A DNA stretch of 64,000 bases from an uncultured Candidatus Saccharibacteria bacterium (GTDB lineage: Bacteria; Patescibacteriota; Saccharimonadia; Saccharimonadales; 2-12-FULL-41-12). The notes beneath the pieces were generated by a model that ran no database searches, was not told where the DNA came from, and saw only the letters and a program-made list of their open reading frames with translations. Position numbers and translations under genes: made by a program. This document shows positions 55,217 through 64,000 of the stretch, in pieces; positions within the stretch are counted from its first letter, which is position 1, and each line of letters starts with the position of its first letter. Where the stretch lies: NCBI GenBank assembly GCA_947085855.1, contig CAMTYB010000001.1, forward strand, positions 564,427 to 628,426, written 5' to 3'.

Positions 55217-58200
55217 ATGCTCAAGAAAAGGTTGCAATTTAGCCGAACGGCTGCGCTGATTGTCGTGCTTTGTATGGGGACGTCTGGTGCCTATGCTCTT
55301 ATTTCTTCGCGAGCTGCCTCCGCACCTTCTGGTGCGATAAAAATTACCACCTATGCTTGGGATGGCCAGCCAGTTGCTATTGGCAATGTGCGCGTTGTGG
55401 TTGAAACAGTTGGCGGCTCACAACGTTGCGACAGTAACGATGGCGTAACGAATGCTGCTGGTGATAATTCAGTGACACTGACCGACTGCAAAGTTGCTAA
55501 TAACGGCAGTCAAAAGATGTACCGGCTCGTTGATGCTCAGCGAGAGGGCTATAGTTTCCGCAGTCTGCACATGAACAATGGCGATATGGCGATTGGGGAC
55601 AACAATAGCTTCCCAGTACGCAAAGGTGTTACCACCTCGTTGTCGGTGTATATGAATCCGCCACCGACGTTTAATCCTCCGCCAGCTGCACCAGATCCAA
55701 CTCCCGCTACTAAGCACAAGGGTTCGGTCAAAATCACCTCATATGCGTTCGTCAGTGAAAGTAGCCAGGTTGGCATCGGTAACGTTAAGATGACGGTAAC
55801 TGCTGTAGATGGCCCAGAAAAATGTACTGCTAACACAGGCACTACTAATGCCGCAGGTGACAACTCTGTTACACTCGAGGGCTGTGAAGTTGCCGATAGC
55901 GGTGGTCCTAAGACATATGAAATTAAAGCAGAACGAGATGGCTATACGCAGCGCAGCGTTCGTATAGTCGAGGGCACCAATAAAACGGCTGCTGACAATA
56001 ATCGCTTTACTATTAAGAAAGACGAAATTACTAATCTGCACGTATGGATGACGCCACCGCCGAATTTTGAGCCACCGGCTGTTGGTGGCACAGGTGGGCC
56101 GGGTGGCGGTGCTGGAGGTGGCGCAGGCGCAAAGAATGGCCATCTAGAAGTCACAAGTTACACGTATGAGTCTGACAGCAAGCAGACTCGTCAAGCTAAT
56201 GTAAAAGTCAAAGTTAATTCTATAGGTTCTAACGGTGATAAGGCACAGACCTGTGACGATACCGAGAGGACAACTGATGCCAATGGCGGTTCATCGCAAG
56301 CCAATGCAAATTATGCTCAAGCCAACTTCTTAAACTGCTGGACTGGTCCCGACGGTAAGAGGCAGTACCAGTTATCGGCTGTTGAAGCTCCGTCTGGGTA
56401 TGCCTTTAGAAGCTTACATGTGATTAGTGGCGGTACGTTTGTGAGCGGTGGCAAAAGCTCACAGCGAGTAGACGAACCGTTCTTGCTGACTGCCGAAAAG
56501 GTGAGTTTGGCTGTGTGGCTTACGAAGCTTGAGCAAGCACCATCGCTTGCTACTATTCAGAACAGTATTACGGACCCAACCGTAGCGGCTCAGGTTGCCA
56601 ACATAGTTGCCAGTTTGCCGCCTAACGCGGGAGCAGGCGCAGTGCATCAAGTGGCTACCAAATCTGGCATTGTCTATGTACCAGCCAAGAATAATGAAGC
56701 TTCTAAGGCTTTGGCCTTGTTAATGAATAGTCTTATCAATGCCGATCAGCTCAGCCCGACCTTTGCCCAGCCTAAGACCCCAGAAGACGATGATCCACTT
56801 GAAGAAGAGGGAGAAGATGGCGATACCGCTGAGGGTGATGAGGCAGAAGGCGAAGAAGAGGCTGAGCCAACACCACCGACAGCTCCGAGCAATCTCAAGG
56901 CCGAGCAAGATTCGGCAGGTTCGATAGTGCTTGTCTGGGATGCAGCTAACGGAAATCCAAATGGTGAAGCAGTAAGTTATGATGTCGAACGACTTGATGC
57001 AAATAGTACCGATGGTGGCGAGCTAGAGACTGTCACCGAAACACGCTGGAAAGATCAAGAAGAGATCAAGTATCCGCAAGAATATACCTACCGAGTCTAC
57101 GCCAAAGACGACGAGGACAATGCATCTGAAGCCGCAATAGTTACCTTTACTACAACACCACTGGTTACGAATGTGCCTGGCCCAGCAGCCGATGCTGCCA
57201 CGCCACAAGGCGGCGAAGAATCGGGCAGCCAAAATCAAGCTGCGGCGCCACCGACTGTCATCACGAATCCAAACAATGGTGCAGTATCAGTCAACATGCC
57301 GGCAGGGGCGGTCTCACAACCAGCTGCTTGTGCTGTTGGAGAGGCAAACGGTGACGACTCAAGCCTAGAAGGTCTGGGGGAGATTGTCGTGTCACCTCAA
57401 GAGGTTGCTTGTCGCGCACAAAATGGTGATGAAATTGAAGAGTTTGAAACCGAGGTTGAGACAGACGTTGAAATTGATGAAGAAGAAATTGATGGCGATG
57501 ACGAACTCGACCTATATGCCTTTGATGGTACTGACTGGGTAGAAGTACCAACCAGCGATGACGAAGATGGTGAAGAACGACCAGAAGACAGCACTGCCGA
57601 TTACACCAGTGCCAAGCTCGTTAAAGGCGAGAAAGGCAAAAAGAAAGCCAAGTACACTGTTAAGTCTAAGAAGCCGACCAAGTTAGCAGTCATGAAGAAG
57701 AAACAGGAAAAAGGTGGCTTCAACCCAATATTTGTCATCCCGCCGATCATTTTGCTGGGAAGCGGTGTCGCCTTTATCCTCTATCGAAAGCAGCTTATCT
57801 TTAGCTCTGCCAAGTCGTATCCTAATGGCGATGTCGATCTAATGCTGACGCCACGAGCTCCAGAGATCACCCCAGTAGCTCCAGGTCAGCCAGAAGAAAT
57901 AATTGCTATGCCAACAGCAGAACTGCCCCAAACCGAGCCACTTCCAGATATAGAACCACCCGCGACTCCTCAGGAAACTCCGCTGGCACCAGTGGAAGCA
58001 GATATTCCCGAGGTCTCCCCAGAACCAGAAGTTGCACCAATTGAAGCTAAAGAGCCGGTAGCGTTTGCTCAACCTGTCGAAGCTAATCTCATTCAACCGG
58101 TTCCATCGGAGTCCGCACCACAACCTCTACAAGAGGTTCCTGTCGATGAAGTCACAGAATCACAGAAGTTATTGACTGTAGATGATCTGCCAACCGATTA

Positions 58201-58273
58201 CTCAGGACTAGAGCCGGAACAGATTGTGCGGCCAACTAAAACGCCAAAAGATGGAGGCGGTGCATCATCATGA
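55217..58273 (+). CDS. giant (1018 aa) cell-surface protein: signal peptide, three tandem ~140-aa Cys-pair beta-domains, acidic linker, FN3-like domain, acidic/Lys-rich region, TM anchor and a Pro-rich tail
   Basis: The three repeats each begin (K/E)(I/V)T(T/S)Y(A/T) and contain NAAGDNSVTL...C. TM helix FNPIFVIPPIILLGSGVAFILY. Confidence 0.7.
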   Translation: MLKKRLQFSRTAALIVVLCMGTSGAYALISSRAASAPSGAIKITTYAWDGQPVAIGNVRVVVETVGGSQRCDSNDGVTNAAGDNSVTLTDCKVANNGSQKMYRLVDAQREGYSFRSLHMNNGDMAIGDNNSFPVRKGVTTSLSVYMNPPPTFNPPPAAPDPTPATKHKGSVKITSYAFVSESSQVGIGNVKMTVTAVDGPEKCTANTGTTNAAGDNSVTLEGCEVADSGGPKTYEIKAERDGYTQRSVRIVEGTNKTAADNNRFTIKKDEITNLHVWMTPPPNFEPPAVGGTGGPGGGAGGGAGAKNGHLEVTSYTYESDSKQTRQANVKVKVNSIGSNGDKAQTCDDTERTTDANGGSSQANANYAQANFLNCWTGPDGKRQYQLSAVEAPSGYAFRSLHVISGGTFVSGGKSSQRVDEPFLLTAEKVSLAVWLTKLEQAPSLATIQNSITDPTVAAQVANIVASLPPNAGAGAVHQVATKSGIVYVPAKNNEASKALALLMNSLINADQLSPTFAQPKTPEDDDPLEEEGEDGDTAEGDEAEGEEEAEPTPPTAPSNLKAEQDSAGSIVLVWDAANGNPNGEAVSYDVERLDANSTDGGELETVTETRWKDQEEIKYPQEYTYRVYAKDDEDNASEAAIVTFTTTPLVTNVPGPAADAATPQGGEESGSQNQAAAPPTVITNPNNGAVSVNMPAGAVSQPAACAVGEANGDDSSLEGLGEIVVSPQEVACRAQNGDEIEEFETEVETDVEIDEEEIDGDDELDLYAFDGTDWVEVPTSDDEDGEERPEDSTADYTSAKLVKGEKGKKKAKYTVKSKKPTKLAVMKKKQEKGGFNPIFVIPPIILLGSGVAFILYRKQLIFSSAKSYPNGDVDLMLTPRAPEITPVAPGQPEEIIAMPTAELPQTEPLPDIEPPATPQETPLAPVEADIPEVSPEPEVAPIEAKEPVAFAQPVEANLIQPVPSESAPQPLQEVPVDEVTESQKLLTVDDLPTDYSGLEPEQIVRPTKTPKDGGGASS
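55300..56530 (+). repeat. three tandem ~420-bp coding repeats inside the surface-protein gene
   Basis: Peptide-level repeats read in the translation. Confidence 0.55.
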
Positions 58274-58899
58274 AACGATCACGTACATTATTACTAGCTA
58301 TTGGAGCAGCCTGCTTGGTAGTTGTGACTGCAGCTGTGCTAAAGGTTGGCTTGCCTGCTTTTGCTCAACAGCCCGAGGCAGCAGTTGAAAAGTCGAGCAC
58401 TTGTGAAATGCGAGTGACAATTCTTAACAATCGCAGTCGACTACTGACGTCGTACCAGAAGACAGAAAGCCAAAAGTACCAGAAAGAGCGTGACAAATGG
58501 GCTAAGCGAATTGCCTACGCTGGTCGCTGGATACCACAAGAAGCAGAAACAGTGCGTGGCAAATTGTACTATCAAGACACGCTTTATCGCAATCTAGATA
58601 ACGAGCTCACGAAGCAAATCGAACAGTACAAGAGCCTAGAAACTCAGCCGCTTGATTGTTCGCCCGAGAAGCGACCTGAATTAGTGGCCAAACTCAAAGA
58701 AGTTAATGGCGTCCAAGACAAAAAGATTGTTGGTGGCCAAGCGCTTATTGAAAAACTTAAGCGCCAGCAAACAAGCTATAGTAATGGTGAATTTGAACAA
58801 GTTACTAAGGATATGATGAAACATTTACACGAGCAAAAAGAGAAGGCCCCTTATAACAAGAACAAAGATATAGAAGTTACTGCCTACTCAAAGCAGTAA
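58270..58899 (+). CDS. secreted two-Cys protein, paralogue of 58910..59677
   Basis: Signal peptide. CEMRVTILNNR motif shared with the convergent neighbour (CERRVKIINNR). ATGA overlap with the surface-protein gene. Confidence 0.5.
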   Translation: MKRSRTLLLAIGAACLVVVTAAVLKVGLPAFAQQPEAAVEKSSTCEMRVTILNNRSRLLTSYQKTESQKYQKERDKWAKRIAYAGRWIPQEAETVRGKLYYQDTLYRNLDNELTKQIEQYKSLETQPLDCSPEKRPELVAKLKEVNGVQDKKIVGGQALIEKLKRQQTSYSNGEFEQVTKDMMKHLHEQKEKAPYNKNKDIEVTAYSKQ

Positions 58900-58909
58900 C
58901 CAAGCTTAC

Positions 58910-59677
58910 CTAGGAGGCCGGTGTTGCTGCAGCTGGCTCTAGGGGCTCCACTGGTTCTTCTACATTTGAATCTTCGGATAAGAATTCTTCATTATCAAAC
59001 ACGTCATCAGCTTCTTCGTCTATCTCCAGGTCTTCAGGCGCAAGAGAGCCTTCTACTTCAGTTGGTGATGCTAGGGCAACTTGCGTAATTGTGCCACGAT
59101 CACTAGCTAGTTTTGTACGAGCCTCACGCATGGCGAGGATGGCTGGACGAACCTTGCTCTTATAGATACCAGTTACGGCTGTGGCTTTTTGCTTCAGCAC
59201 CTTTGCGTCGTTAGTACGGGCTTTGATTTTGTCGCGGGCGGCGCCCCGTCCAGGTGCCGTGTCGCAGTTTGCCTTAAAGTGTTTATAGGTCTTGATTTGA
59301 CTGTTGCGTTCAGCAATGTAGGCACGTTTAGTTGTGTTGTAAGTCTTCGTAGCTTCCTTGAATTGGTTGATATCGCCATTGAGCTCATTAACTTGAGGTA
59401 CGAGTCGCGGTTCGTTGGCATATTTGGCAGCGTACTTTTTGTTAACAGAAATTTTGTTTTTCCAGCCAGTGTTGGCCTTTTTGTAACGTTGCTGCAAAGA
59501 CTTGCTCTTTTTAGCCATACTTTTGCCCCGGTTATTGATAATCTTGACTCGGCGTTCACACTTAGCCTTTGGTGATAGGGCGGCTTCAACTTGTGTAGGA
59601 ACAATAAACATTGCTAGCATTGAGATGGCTCCAAAAGCAAAAGCCATCAGAATAGGGAGAATTTTGATATGTCTCAT
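58910..59677 (-). CDS. secreted two-Cys protein, paralogue of 58270..58899, with an acidic C-terminal tail
   Basis: See paralogue. ATGA overlap with the upstream small membrane gene. Confidence 0.5.
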   Translation of the reverse strand: MRHIKILPILMAFAFGAISMLAMFIVPTQVEAALSPKAKCERRVKIINNRGKSMAKKSKSLQQRYKKANTGWKNKISVNKKYAAKYANEPRLVPQVNELNGDINQFKEATKTYNTTKRAYIAERNSQIKTYKHFKANCDTAPGRGAARDKIKARTNDAKVLKQKATAVTGIYKSKVRPAILAMREARTKLASDRGTITQVALASPTEVEGSLAPEDLEIDEEADDVFDNEEFLSEDSNVEEPVEPLEPAAATPAS

Positions 59678-59913
59678 TCTGAATCTCCAGTATCGTCGGT
59701 ATTATTTTCTGAGTCGTCGCCATTAGCGGCTGTCGGATCTTCATCTTCGTCGATGTCTGAAGGGACATCTTCGGCTTCTGTGGCAACCGAGCCGTCTTTG
59801 GTTTGCTGACTATAGACATAGTAGCCGGCACCACCGACAGCAAACAGGGCGATAATGACTACAATCAAGAAGTGGGCAACGCCTTCTTGGGCTAGTCGTA
59901 GATTTTTTTGCAT
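59674..59913 (-). CDS. small single-TM protein with a highly acidic C-terminal tail
   Basis: Start chosen at the Met preceded by AAAGGA. TM helix then a D/E-rich tail. Confidence 0.45.
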   Translation of the reverse strand: MQKNLRLAQEGVAHFLIVVIIALFAVGGAGYYVYSQQTKDGSVATEAEDVPSDIDEDEDPTAANGDDSENNTDDTGDSE

Positions 59914-60013
59914 TTTTATTTCCTTTAGTTTAATGGCATGGTACCATAGGTGTAACCATAATCGCAAACAAAAATAAGTCGCCTGCCAAACAGAGGTGAC
60001 ACGACGGTTATCG

Positions 60014-60041
60014 TTGACAAAACATAAAAAATGTGTATAAT
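60014..60041 (+). promoter_or_regulatory. strong sigma-70-like promoter TTGACA-16 nt-TATAAT upstream of a 28-aa ORF
   Basis: Consensus hexamers read directly. Confidence 0.5.
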
Positions 60042-60112
60042 ATTAGTTGTTAGTCGACTAAAATAAACACACCAAACACAAAAAAACAAAACAAAAAGGA
60101 GCAGAAATCTTA

Positions 60113-60199
60113 TGGCCTCACTGGTCTACGAATTCAGCAAAACCGCAGATAAGAATGTCCTAAAACTGGATAATGTCATCAAGAAATTGATAGCATAAA
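60113..60199 (+). CDS. small ORF (28 aa, MASLVYEFSKTADKNVLKLDNVIKKLIA) with a good SD
   Basis: AAAAGGAG 8 nt upstream. Followed by a bidirectional terminator. Confidence 0.3.
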
Positions 60200-60222
60200 C
60201 AATTAAACCTGCAGGTTACAAA

Positions 60223-60257
60223 AATACCCCTGTTTGCGCAGGGGTATTTGTATTTGA
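60223..60257. terminator. bidirectional intrinsic terminator (AAATACCCCTG-TTTGCG-CAGGGGTATTT) serving the small ORF and the convergent MFS gene
   Basis: Perfect 11-bp stem flanked by A/T runs. Confidence 0.6.
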
Positions 60258-60270
60258 GAACGATAGTAGC

Positions 60271-61704
60271 TTAGTCGATATGAATAGCTTCTGAGTCGTG
60301 CTTTTCGCCTTTTGTATGCTTGATAGCGATGGCAGCGATAATCGAAGCAGCTAGGGTAAAGAACGATGCCACAATGAAGGCGTCATGATATCCAGCAACC
60401 TGGGCGTGCTCTGGGCTAGCCGCTCCTTGCAGGGTTGCGTCCTTTACTGACGCTGCATAAACACCAGACAGAATAGCTAGTCCGAGTGAGCCACCAATCT
60501 GCTGCGAAGTATTCAAGATGCCCGATGCTAAGCCTGACAGATGCTTTGGTACGCCTGAGGTTGCGGCGATAGTAACTGAGACGAATGAAAAGCCGAGACC
60601 GAGTGCTAACACTATCAAACCAGGCAATACATCAGTCCAATAATCGCCACCGACTTCCATGCGACTAAACAGCAGCATGCCAGCTGTGATAAAGAGTGGC
60701 GCAATCACCATTGGGGTTTTGTAGCCAATTTTACTAACGAGATTCGAAACAATACCCGAGGCTATACCGATCACAATGGTAACCGGCAAAAATGCCAGAC
60801 CAGTCATAATTGGTGAGTAGTTAAGAATCTCTTGAACGTATAGCGATAAGAAGAAGAACATGGCAAACATACCGGCTGTAATGGGTAGTTGCGTTAAGTT
60901 AGCACCAGTCAGGTTGCGAATTTTGAAGATGGATAGCGGCATAAGAGGCTGCTTAGATCGAGCCTCGTTAAAGACGAAAGCTGTCAGTAATACAAGCGCT
61001 GTGCCTACAAAACCAATCGTGTTGCCATCAAGCCAGCCGTATTCAGGAGCCTTAACCAGGCCGTAGACTAAGAGCATGAGACCGCTGGTGGCCAGTACGG
61101 CGCCAGGCAAATCGAGGTGTTTGTGCTCTAAATCGGCTTTACTTTCGGGGATAATCCTCGGCACAAAATAGGCAACAGCAAGGCCAATTGGCACATTGAC
61201 GAAGAAATCCCAGCGCCAGCCAAACCATTCAGTTAACATGCCACCAAATAATAGACCAGCTGCGGCTCCACCGGCAGCAACGCCGCCCCAGACACCGAGG
61301 GCTTTGTTCCGTTCCTTACCTTCTTTAAAAGTATTTATAACAATTGATAGGGCGGCCGGAGACATGAAGGCAGCTGCTAAGCCCTGGATAGCTCGGACCA
61401 TAATCAACATAGTATCGCTCTGGCTGAGGCCTGCTAGAAACGAGGCAGCTGTAAAAGCTAATAAACCGCCCAAGAAAACGCGACGACGGCCAAATAGGTC
61501 AGCCGTTCGTCCACCAAGTAGTAAGAAGCCACCAAAGGCAAGGGTGTAGGCAGTGATGACCCATTGGAGATTTTCTGGACTAAAATTAAGATCTTCACTG
61601 ATTGCAGGCAGGGCAATATTAACAATTGACGTGTCAAGCACGGCAATAAACTGTGCCAACGCCAACAGAATCAGAATTTTAGTTTTACTGACGGTTTTTT
61701 TCAC
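60271..61704 (-). CDS. MFS transporter, 14-TM drug:H+ antiporter (EmrB/QacA) family
   Basis: 477 aa. GRTADLFGRRRV (MFS motif A), 14 hydrophobic segments. Confidence 0.85.
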   Translation of the reverse strand: MKKTVSKTKILILLALAQFIAVLDTSIVNIALPAISEDLNFSPENLQWVITAYTLAFGGFLLLGGRTADLFGRRRVFLGGLLAFTAASFLAGLSQSDTMLIMVRAIQGLAAAFMSPAALSIVINTFKEGKERNKALGVWGGVAAGGAAAGLLFGGMLTEWFGWRWDFFVNVPIGLAVAYFVPRIIPESKADLEHKHLDLPGAVLATSGLMLLVYGLVKAPEYGWLDGNTIGFVGTALVLLTAFVFNEARSKQPLMPLSIFKIRNLTGANLTQLPITAGMFAMFFFLSLYVQEILNYSPIMTGLAFLPVTIVIGIASGIVSNLVSKIGYKTPMVIAPLFITAGMLLFSRMEVGGDYWTDVLPGLIVLALGLGFSFVSVTIAATSGVPKHLSGLASGILNTSQQIGGSLGLAILSGVYAASVKDATLQGAASPEHAQVAGYHDAFIVASFFTLAASIIAAIAIKHTKGEKHDSEAIHID

Positions 61705-61829
61705 AAAAAATCCTTATTTTATTACATGTATAAATATTCTTAACCCCAGTGTATTTCAATATACTTGACTTTGTCAAGCATTGACGTTGTCAAGTATTTA
61801 TAAAAACGGGTATACTATAAGTTACAGTT

Positions 61830-62255
61830 ATGAACGCAGTTACATCCACAAAGGACACTACTATATACCGACAGCTTATTGCTCTTATGATGCGGGCTAA
61901 GCGTCATATGTTCATTGCTTGCGAATCAGGGCAGCTGACGCCAGTGCAAGGCATGTTGTTGGTGGTGCTCGAAGAATCAGACTCAAAGACTATGAACGAG
62001 CTTTCTAACATGATGGGTTGCGACGCTTCAAACATTACCGGTCTCATTGATCGCCTAGAGGCGAACGGTTATATCGAGCGCACCGCAGATGCTGCTGATC
62101 GTCGTGTCAAAAAAATTAAACTATCTAAAAAGGGCTGCGACTGTCGCTGCTCACTCTTGAATACGCTGGCTGAAGCCGAATCGGTCGACATGAGCCGACT
62201 ATCAAAAGAAGAAATCGAAACACTCAAGAAGATCTTTAGTAAATTGAGCACCTAA
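61830..62255 (+). CDS. MarR-family transcriptional regulator
   Basis: Winged HTH with DRRVKKIKLSKKG. Divergent from the MFS efflux gene. Confidence 0.8.
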   Translation: MNAVTSTKDTTIYRQLIALMMRAKRHMFIACESGQLTPVQGMLLVVLEESDSKTMNELSNMMGCDASNITGLIDRLEANGYIERTADAADRRVKKIKLSKKGCDCRCSLLNTLAEAESVDMSRLSKEEIETLKKIFSKLST

Positions 62256-62258
62256 GTT

Positions 62259-62666
62259 ATGCCTCGCTTTCACTTCGGCAAATTAGTACGTGATAAGATC
62301 GTTGAACAGCAGTTGGCGTCCGGTTTCAAGCCAGATTTCCGGAAACTGACCGATAAAGAGCACGTTGTGGCTTTGCGGGATAAACTAAAAGAAGAGGCCA
62401 TAGAAGCGGCCCAGAGCGGTCATGAAGAATTGATCCACGAGCTAGCTGACGTTCAGCAAGTCATCGATGACTTACTGCATAAAATTGGTAGTACCAAGGA
62501 TGAGCTTATGCAGATTCAACAACAGAAAAATGCCAAACGAGGTGGTTTTGGACAAGGTTTATATGTAGAAGCGGTTGAAGTGACAGAAGATGATCCGTGG
62601 ACCGAACATTTCAGAAATCGTCCGGAGAATTATCCGGAAATTCATGAAGAATCGATAGATTCATAA
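62259..62666 (+). CDS. MazG-like / phosphoribosyl-ATP pyrophosphohydrolase-like all-alpha NTP pyrophosphatase
   Basis: EExxE...ExxD metal-binding helix pattern (KLKEEAIEAAQ...ELIHELADVQQVIDDL). Confidence 0.55.
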   Translation: MPRFHFGKLVRDKIVEQQLASGFKPDFRKLTDKEHVVALRDKLKEEAIEAAQSGHEELIHELADVQQVIDDLLHKIGSTKDELMQIQQQKNAKRGGFGQGLYVEAVEVTEDDPWTEHFRNRPENYPEIHEESIDS

Positions 62667-62772
62667 AACCACTATCTGGTCGCAGACTGTTAGCATATAA
62701 TTAATGTAGTATGGCGCAGTGTCAGGCAAACATTCTCAAGATCAATTCAGCACATTGTGGTTAGAGGGCGAC

Positions 62773-64000
62773 CATGATTGAGCTGCTATTTATTCTGATT
62801 TCTATTTTATTGGTTGTGGCGTGTGGAATTTTTGTGGCTGCCGAATTTGCTTTTGTAACAGTTGACCGCAATCGGATAGATAAGCTAGCCGGTAAGGGTG
62901 ATGTGCGGGCCGCTGGTGTTCAGTCGGCATTGCGATCATTGTCGACTCAACTGTCTGGTGCCCAAATAGGTATCACCATTACCAATTTGCTTATTGGTTT
63001 CTTGGCCGAACCGGCTGTAGCCAAGCTGTTGCGTGGTCCGCTGGAATCAATTGGCGTAAGCGGAGCTGCCGTATCGGCAATTGCGATCGTGCTTGCCATA
63101 ACCGTGGCTACTCTAGTGACCATGTTATTTGGCGAACTCGTGCCAAAAAATCTGGCAATTGCCAAGCCTGTCGAAACAGCTCGTTTTGTCCAAGGGCCAC
63201 AGCGATTTTTTACCTATGCTATGCGCTACCCCATCGCCTTTATGAACGGCACGGCCAACAGAATTATCCGCCGCTTTAATATTGAGCCGCAAGAAGAATT
63301 AGCATCGGCCCGTTCCAGCGAAGAACTGCTGTCGGTCGTTAAGCATTCGGCACGTCGTGGTACGTTGGCGCAAGACACGGCTATCTTGGTAGAGCGATCT
63401 TTGGAATTCAGTGAGCGCCATGCTTCTGACGTCATGACGCCGCGGGTTAAGCTCGAAGTTGTTTCGGCCAGCAGTCCATCTAGTGCTGTCATCCAGTCTG
63501 TTAAAAAGACGGGCTATTCGCGGTTCCCGGTCATTAAAGATTCAATCGATAACATTGTTGGCATAGTGCATATTAAGCAAGCGGTAGCGGTACCGTTTGA
63601 CCAGCGGGATGTGGTTGCTATCAAATCAATCATGCAGCCGGTGACTTTTGTGCCATCAAGCATTGAACTTGATACGCTCATCGAAAAAATGCGCGATGAA
63701 AAAACCGAAGCTGTCATTGCCATTGATGAGTTTGGCGGTATTGATGGCCTGGTTACCCTAGAAGATTTGATAGAAGAACTAGTGGGTGAAGTTAAGGACG
63801 AGCATGATGAAGCCGGCATTGCCATTACGCATATCCGTAAAGACGTTTGGTCAGTATCTGGCCTCTTGCGTCCAGATGAAATTGGTATGGTAACTGGCCT
63901 TGTTATACCCGAAGATGAAGAATTTGAAACCATTGGTGGTTTGGTGTTTGACCAACTTGAAAAAGTACCGAGCGTTGGTGATCAAGTGGTAATTGACGGC
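62773..64000 (+). CDS. CNNM/CorC/TlyC-family membrane protein (DUF21 + CBS pair + CorC_HlyC), C-terminus beyond window
   Basis: ATG at 62773, plus-strand ORF open to the window end. N-terminal 4-TM DUF21, CBS domains and C-terminal transporter-associated domain motifs. Confidence 0.8.

Noticed and set aside
55469-58123. Multiple 60-130-aa antisense ORFs inside the giant surface-protein gene
   Set aside because: They are contained within a long, repeat-supported plus-strand CDS and are compositionally driven artefacts.
1-64000. Search for CRISPR arrays, rRNA genes, tmRNA, RNase P RNA and SRP RNA
   Set aside because: No array of regularly spaced direct repeats. No rRNA-like conserved stretches. 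None of the recalled consensus blocks of tmRNA, RNase P or 4.5S RNA were found by eye. Absence is not proof, and Infernal would be decisive.

Overview
The window is a gene-dense (~80 CDS) bacterial chromosomal segment of moderate G+C. The small secreted or membrane proteins, a ComEC plus lamin-tail-domain module, an RRM RNA-binding protein and weak Shine-Dalgarno usage suggest a small-genome, possibly CPR/Saccharibacteria-like lineage; this is inference only.

Core genes:
- a CrtI-like FAD oxidoreductase (partial) and a UbiA prenyltransferase
- a tRNA-dihydrouridine synthase
- a divergent pair of an HxlR-family regulator and an NADPH-dependent FMN reductase
- an AstE/AspA-family hydrolase
- FtsB, a glutamine amidotransferase class I hydrolase, and a secreted DUF1524 nuclease followed by ComEC and a lamin-tail-domain protein
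- a flavin module of an FMN-binding protein, ApbE and a membrane FNR-like oxidoreductase
- the primary sigma-70, an OmpR/histidine-kinase two-component pair and a DEAD-box helicase
- a KcsA-like K+ channel, an ABC-2 exporter, a SemiSWEET, a GH10 xylanase and an MFS/MarR pair

RNA genes: two tRNA genes with anticodon CAT lie on the minus strand, one Ile2-like at 6906..6981 and one initiator-like at 51102..51176.

Mobile and accessory content: between about 34.8 kb and the initiator-like tRNA at 51.1 kb there is a visibly A+T-richer mosaic island. It contains:
- a LexA-like (wHTH plus S24 peptidase) repressor co-transcribed with a ThsA-like SIR2 (NADase-type) domain protein
- a divergent consensus promoter embedded in a perfect palindrome
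- a ParB-nuclease::DNA-methyltransferase fusion
- terminase small and large subunit genes with no structural genes
- a copper-homeostasis cluster (CsoR, DUF4396, three DUF305 domains, a cupredoxin-like protein, DUF3105, a Met/His-rich membrane protein and a Cys-rich Csp-like four-helix bundle protein)
- a large serine recombinase
- an M23 peptidase

A 17-nt imperfect copy of the tRNA 3-prime end sits at 34844..34860 and may be the distal att remnant. Other noteworthy loci:
- a P-loop kinase-like gene overlapping an unknown partner
- a nine-gene minus-strand run containing a PurO-like (IMP cyclohydrolase-like) protein and a 22-mer-repeat protein fused to the ABC exporter operon
- a giant repeat-containing surface protein with paralogous secreted neighbours

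No CRISPR array, rRNA gene or complete prophage is visible. All functional calls rest on motifs recognised by eye and need HMM or BLAST confirmation.
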